In this document: piece after piece, positions 63,103 through 64,000 of the stretch
Numbering within the stretch: position 1 is the first letter of the stretch
Layout of the letters: each line of letters opens with the position of its first letter
Assembly (NCBI GenBank): GCA_002733415.1
Contig: NVVR01000002.1
Location: 1-64,000, forward strand
Length of the DNA: 64,000 bases
Direction of reading: 5' to 3'
Source: Kordia sp.
Lineage (GTDB): Bacteria; Bacteroidota; Bacteroidia; Flavobacteriales; Flavobacteriaceae
Program-made: the position numbers and the translations under genes
Notes under the pieces: generated by a model
Seen by the model: only the letters and a program-made list of their open reading frames with translations
Database searches by the model: none
Told to the model about the DNA's origin: nothing

Positions 63103-63912
63103 TTATTTTGTTCTATTGTATATTGGGAGGTAAAAGAATGAAATGACGCCAAAAACGATGTTTAGTAAGGTTTGAGAGCCCCACATAATCCAACCAATAG
63201 CTAAACCACTTTGATTGCTTATATTAAATAAGTTTAGAGTCTCTTGAATTACTAGCGGAAAACTACCTAATCCGCCATTTGTTACAGCCATTGTAAATGA
63301 TCCTGTCACAAACGCAACTATTGCAGTACTTATTGGGGTGTTTATGGTTTCTTTTACTGAGAAAAAGATTACATAAAACATTAAAAAGTACATAGTCCAA
63401 ATGAAGATGGTGTGGAATATAAAAGGCCACTTTTTTTTCATTGTAACTATACTCAAAACTCCGTCTTTTAAACCAATAAAAAAGTTTTTTATTTTACGTA
63501 AAATGGGGTTGTTGGTTTTTCTTAGGACAAACCAACCAGTACTTACGATTATTGAAATCAAGGCTAATGTGAGGAACAGTGAAGTTGGGTTTTCTGTAAT
63601 TTTTGTTCTAATGCTAATGAAAACAGGATTTATGGCATCTATAATCATGTCGTATTGAAAAGCTAATGCAATAAAAACAAAAACCATACTCATAATTAAG
63701 TCGGCTATGCGTTCTGCTATTATTGTTCCGAAAGCTTTTTCAAAAGGGATTCCTTCGTAGGTGGTAAGTGTTGTGGCTCTTAATATTTCTCCTGATCGTG
63801 GGATTCCTAAATTGGCAAAATAGGCAATCATTACTGCCATAAAACTATTGATGAATTTTGGTTTGTAACCGAGTGGTTCAAGGGTGAATTTCCATCGGTA
63901 AGCTCTTGACAA
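63103..63912 (-). CDS. Flippase-like (UPF0104 / lysylphosphatidylglycerol-synthase TM-region family) membrane protein. The N-terminus may extend toward the window edge.
   Basis: Polytopic membrane protein with a conserved GIPRSGEILRATTL segment. Confidence 0.5.
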   Translation of the reverse strand: MSRAYRWKFTLEPLGYKPKFINSFMAVMIAYFANLGIPRSGEILRATTLTTYEGIPFEKAFGTIIAERIADLIMSMVFVFIALAFQYDMIIDAINPVFISIRTKITENPTSLFLTLALISIIVSTGWFVLRKTNNPILRKIKNFFIGLKDGVLSIVTMKKKWPFIFHTIFIWTMYFLMFYVIFFSVKETINTPISTAIVAFVTGSFTMAVTNGGLGSFPLVIQETLNLFNISNQSGLAIGWIMWGSQTLLNIVFGVISFFYLPIYNRTK

Positions 63913-64000
63913 ATGACTCAGTAAGCCTAGTGTAACGGAAATAATTACCCAGGAATAATTTGCTTCTTTAATATATGAAATAACATCGGCTATTTCCTTT

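Overview
This is a low-GC window from a Bacteroidota genome, most likely a flavobacterium. Several products carry T9SS type-A or type-B C-terminal sorting domains and there is a PorP/SprF gene. Standard housekeeping genes are present: ssb, pckA, the alpha2-type glycyl-tRNA synthetase, xth, radA, an ECF sigma factor and an M13 peptidase. The most interesting part is a roughly 14 kb accessory block at about 9.6-23.4 kb. It holds two tandem RtcB-family RNA-ligase operons. One is a divergent RtcB paralog followed by two tandem Pol-beta-type nucleotidyltransferases and a possible NYN/PIN-like protein, and it sits divergent to a WYL-domain regulator plus an HD phosphohydrolase. The other is a canonical release-factor-H-coupled RtcB plus PrfH operon, extended by a TPR protein, a minimal-NTase-like protein and a DEDDh 3'-5' exonuclease. 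The two operons are separated and followed by homologous ~0.5 kb non-coding modules. Downstream is an array of at least 8 tRNA genes with unusually AT-rich acceptor stems (Cys, Tyr, Asp, Pro-like, a type-I tRNA with a TAG anticodon, Arg, Gln, His). The array is interspersed with tRNA fragments and an ~80-bp tandem repeat that looks like tRNA acceptor/T-arm minihelices each followed by a strong hairpin. I read the block as a composite RNA/ribosome-damage response island, partly undescribed: RtcB re-ligation, PrfH ribosome rescue, accessory end-processing enzymes and a spare tRNA set. Elsewhere the window contains a degraded IS5-family transposase, a secreted BNR-repeat T9SS cargo gene split by an in-frame TGA, a T9SS cargo–PorP/SprF–OmpA module, an AT-rich gene-decay zone with internal repeats, a sulfur-detoxification cluster (rhodanese, persulfide dioxygenase-rhodanese fusion, TauE), and several families of short dispersed hairpin repeats.
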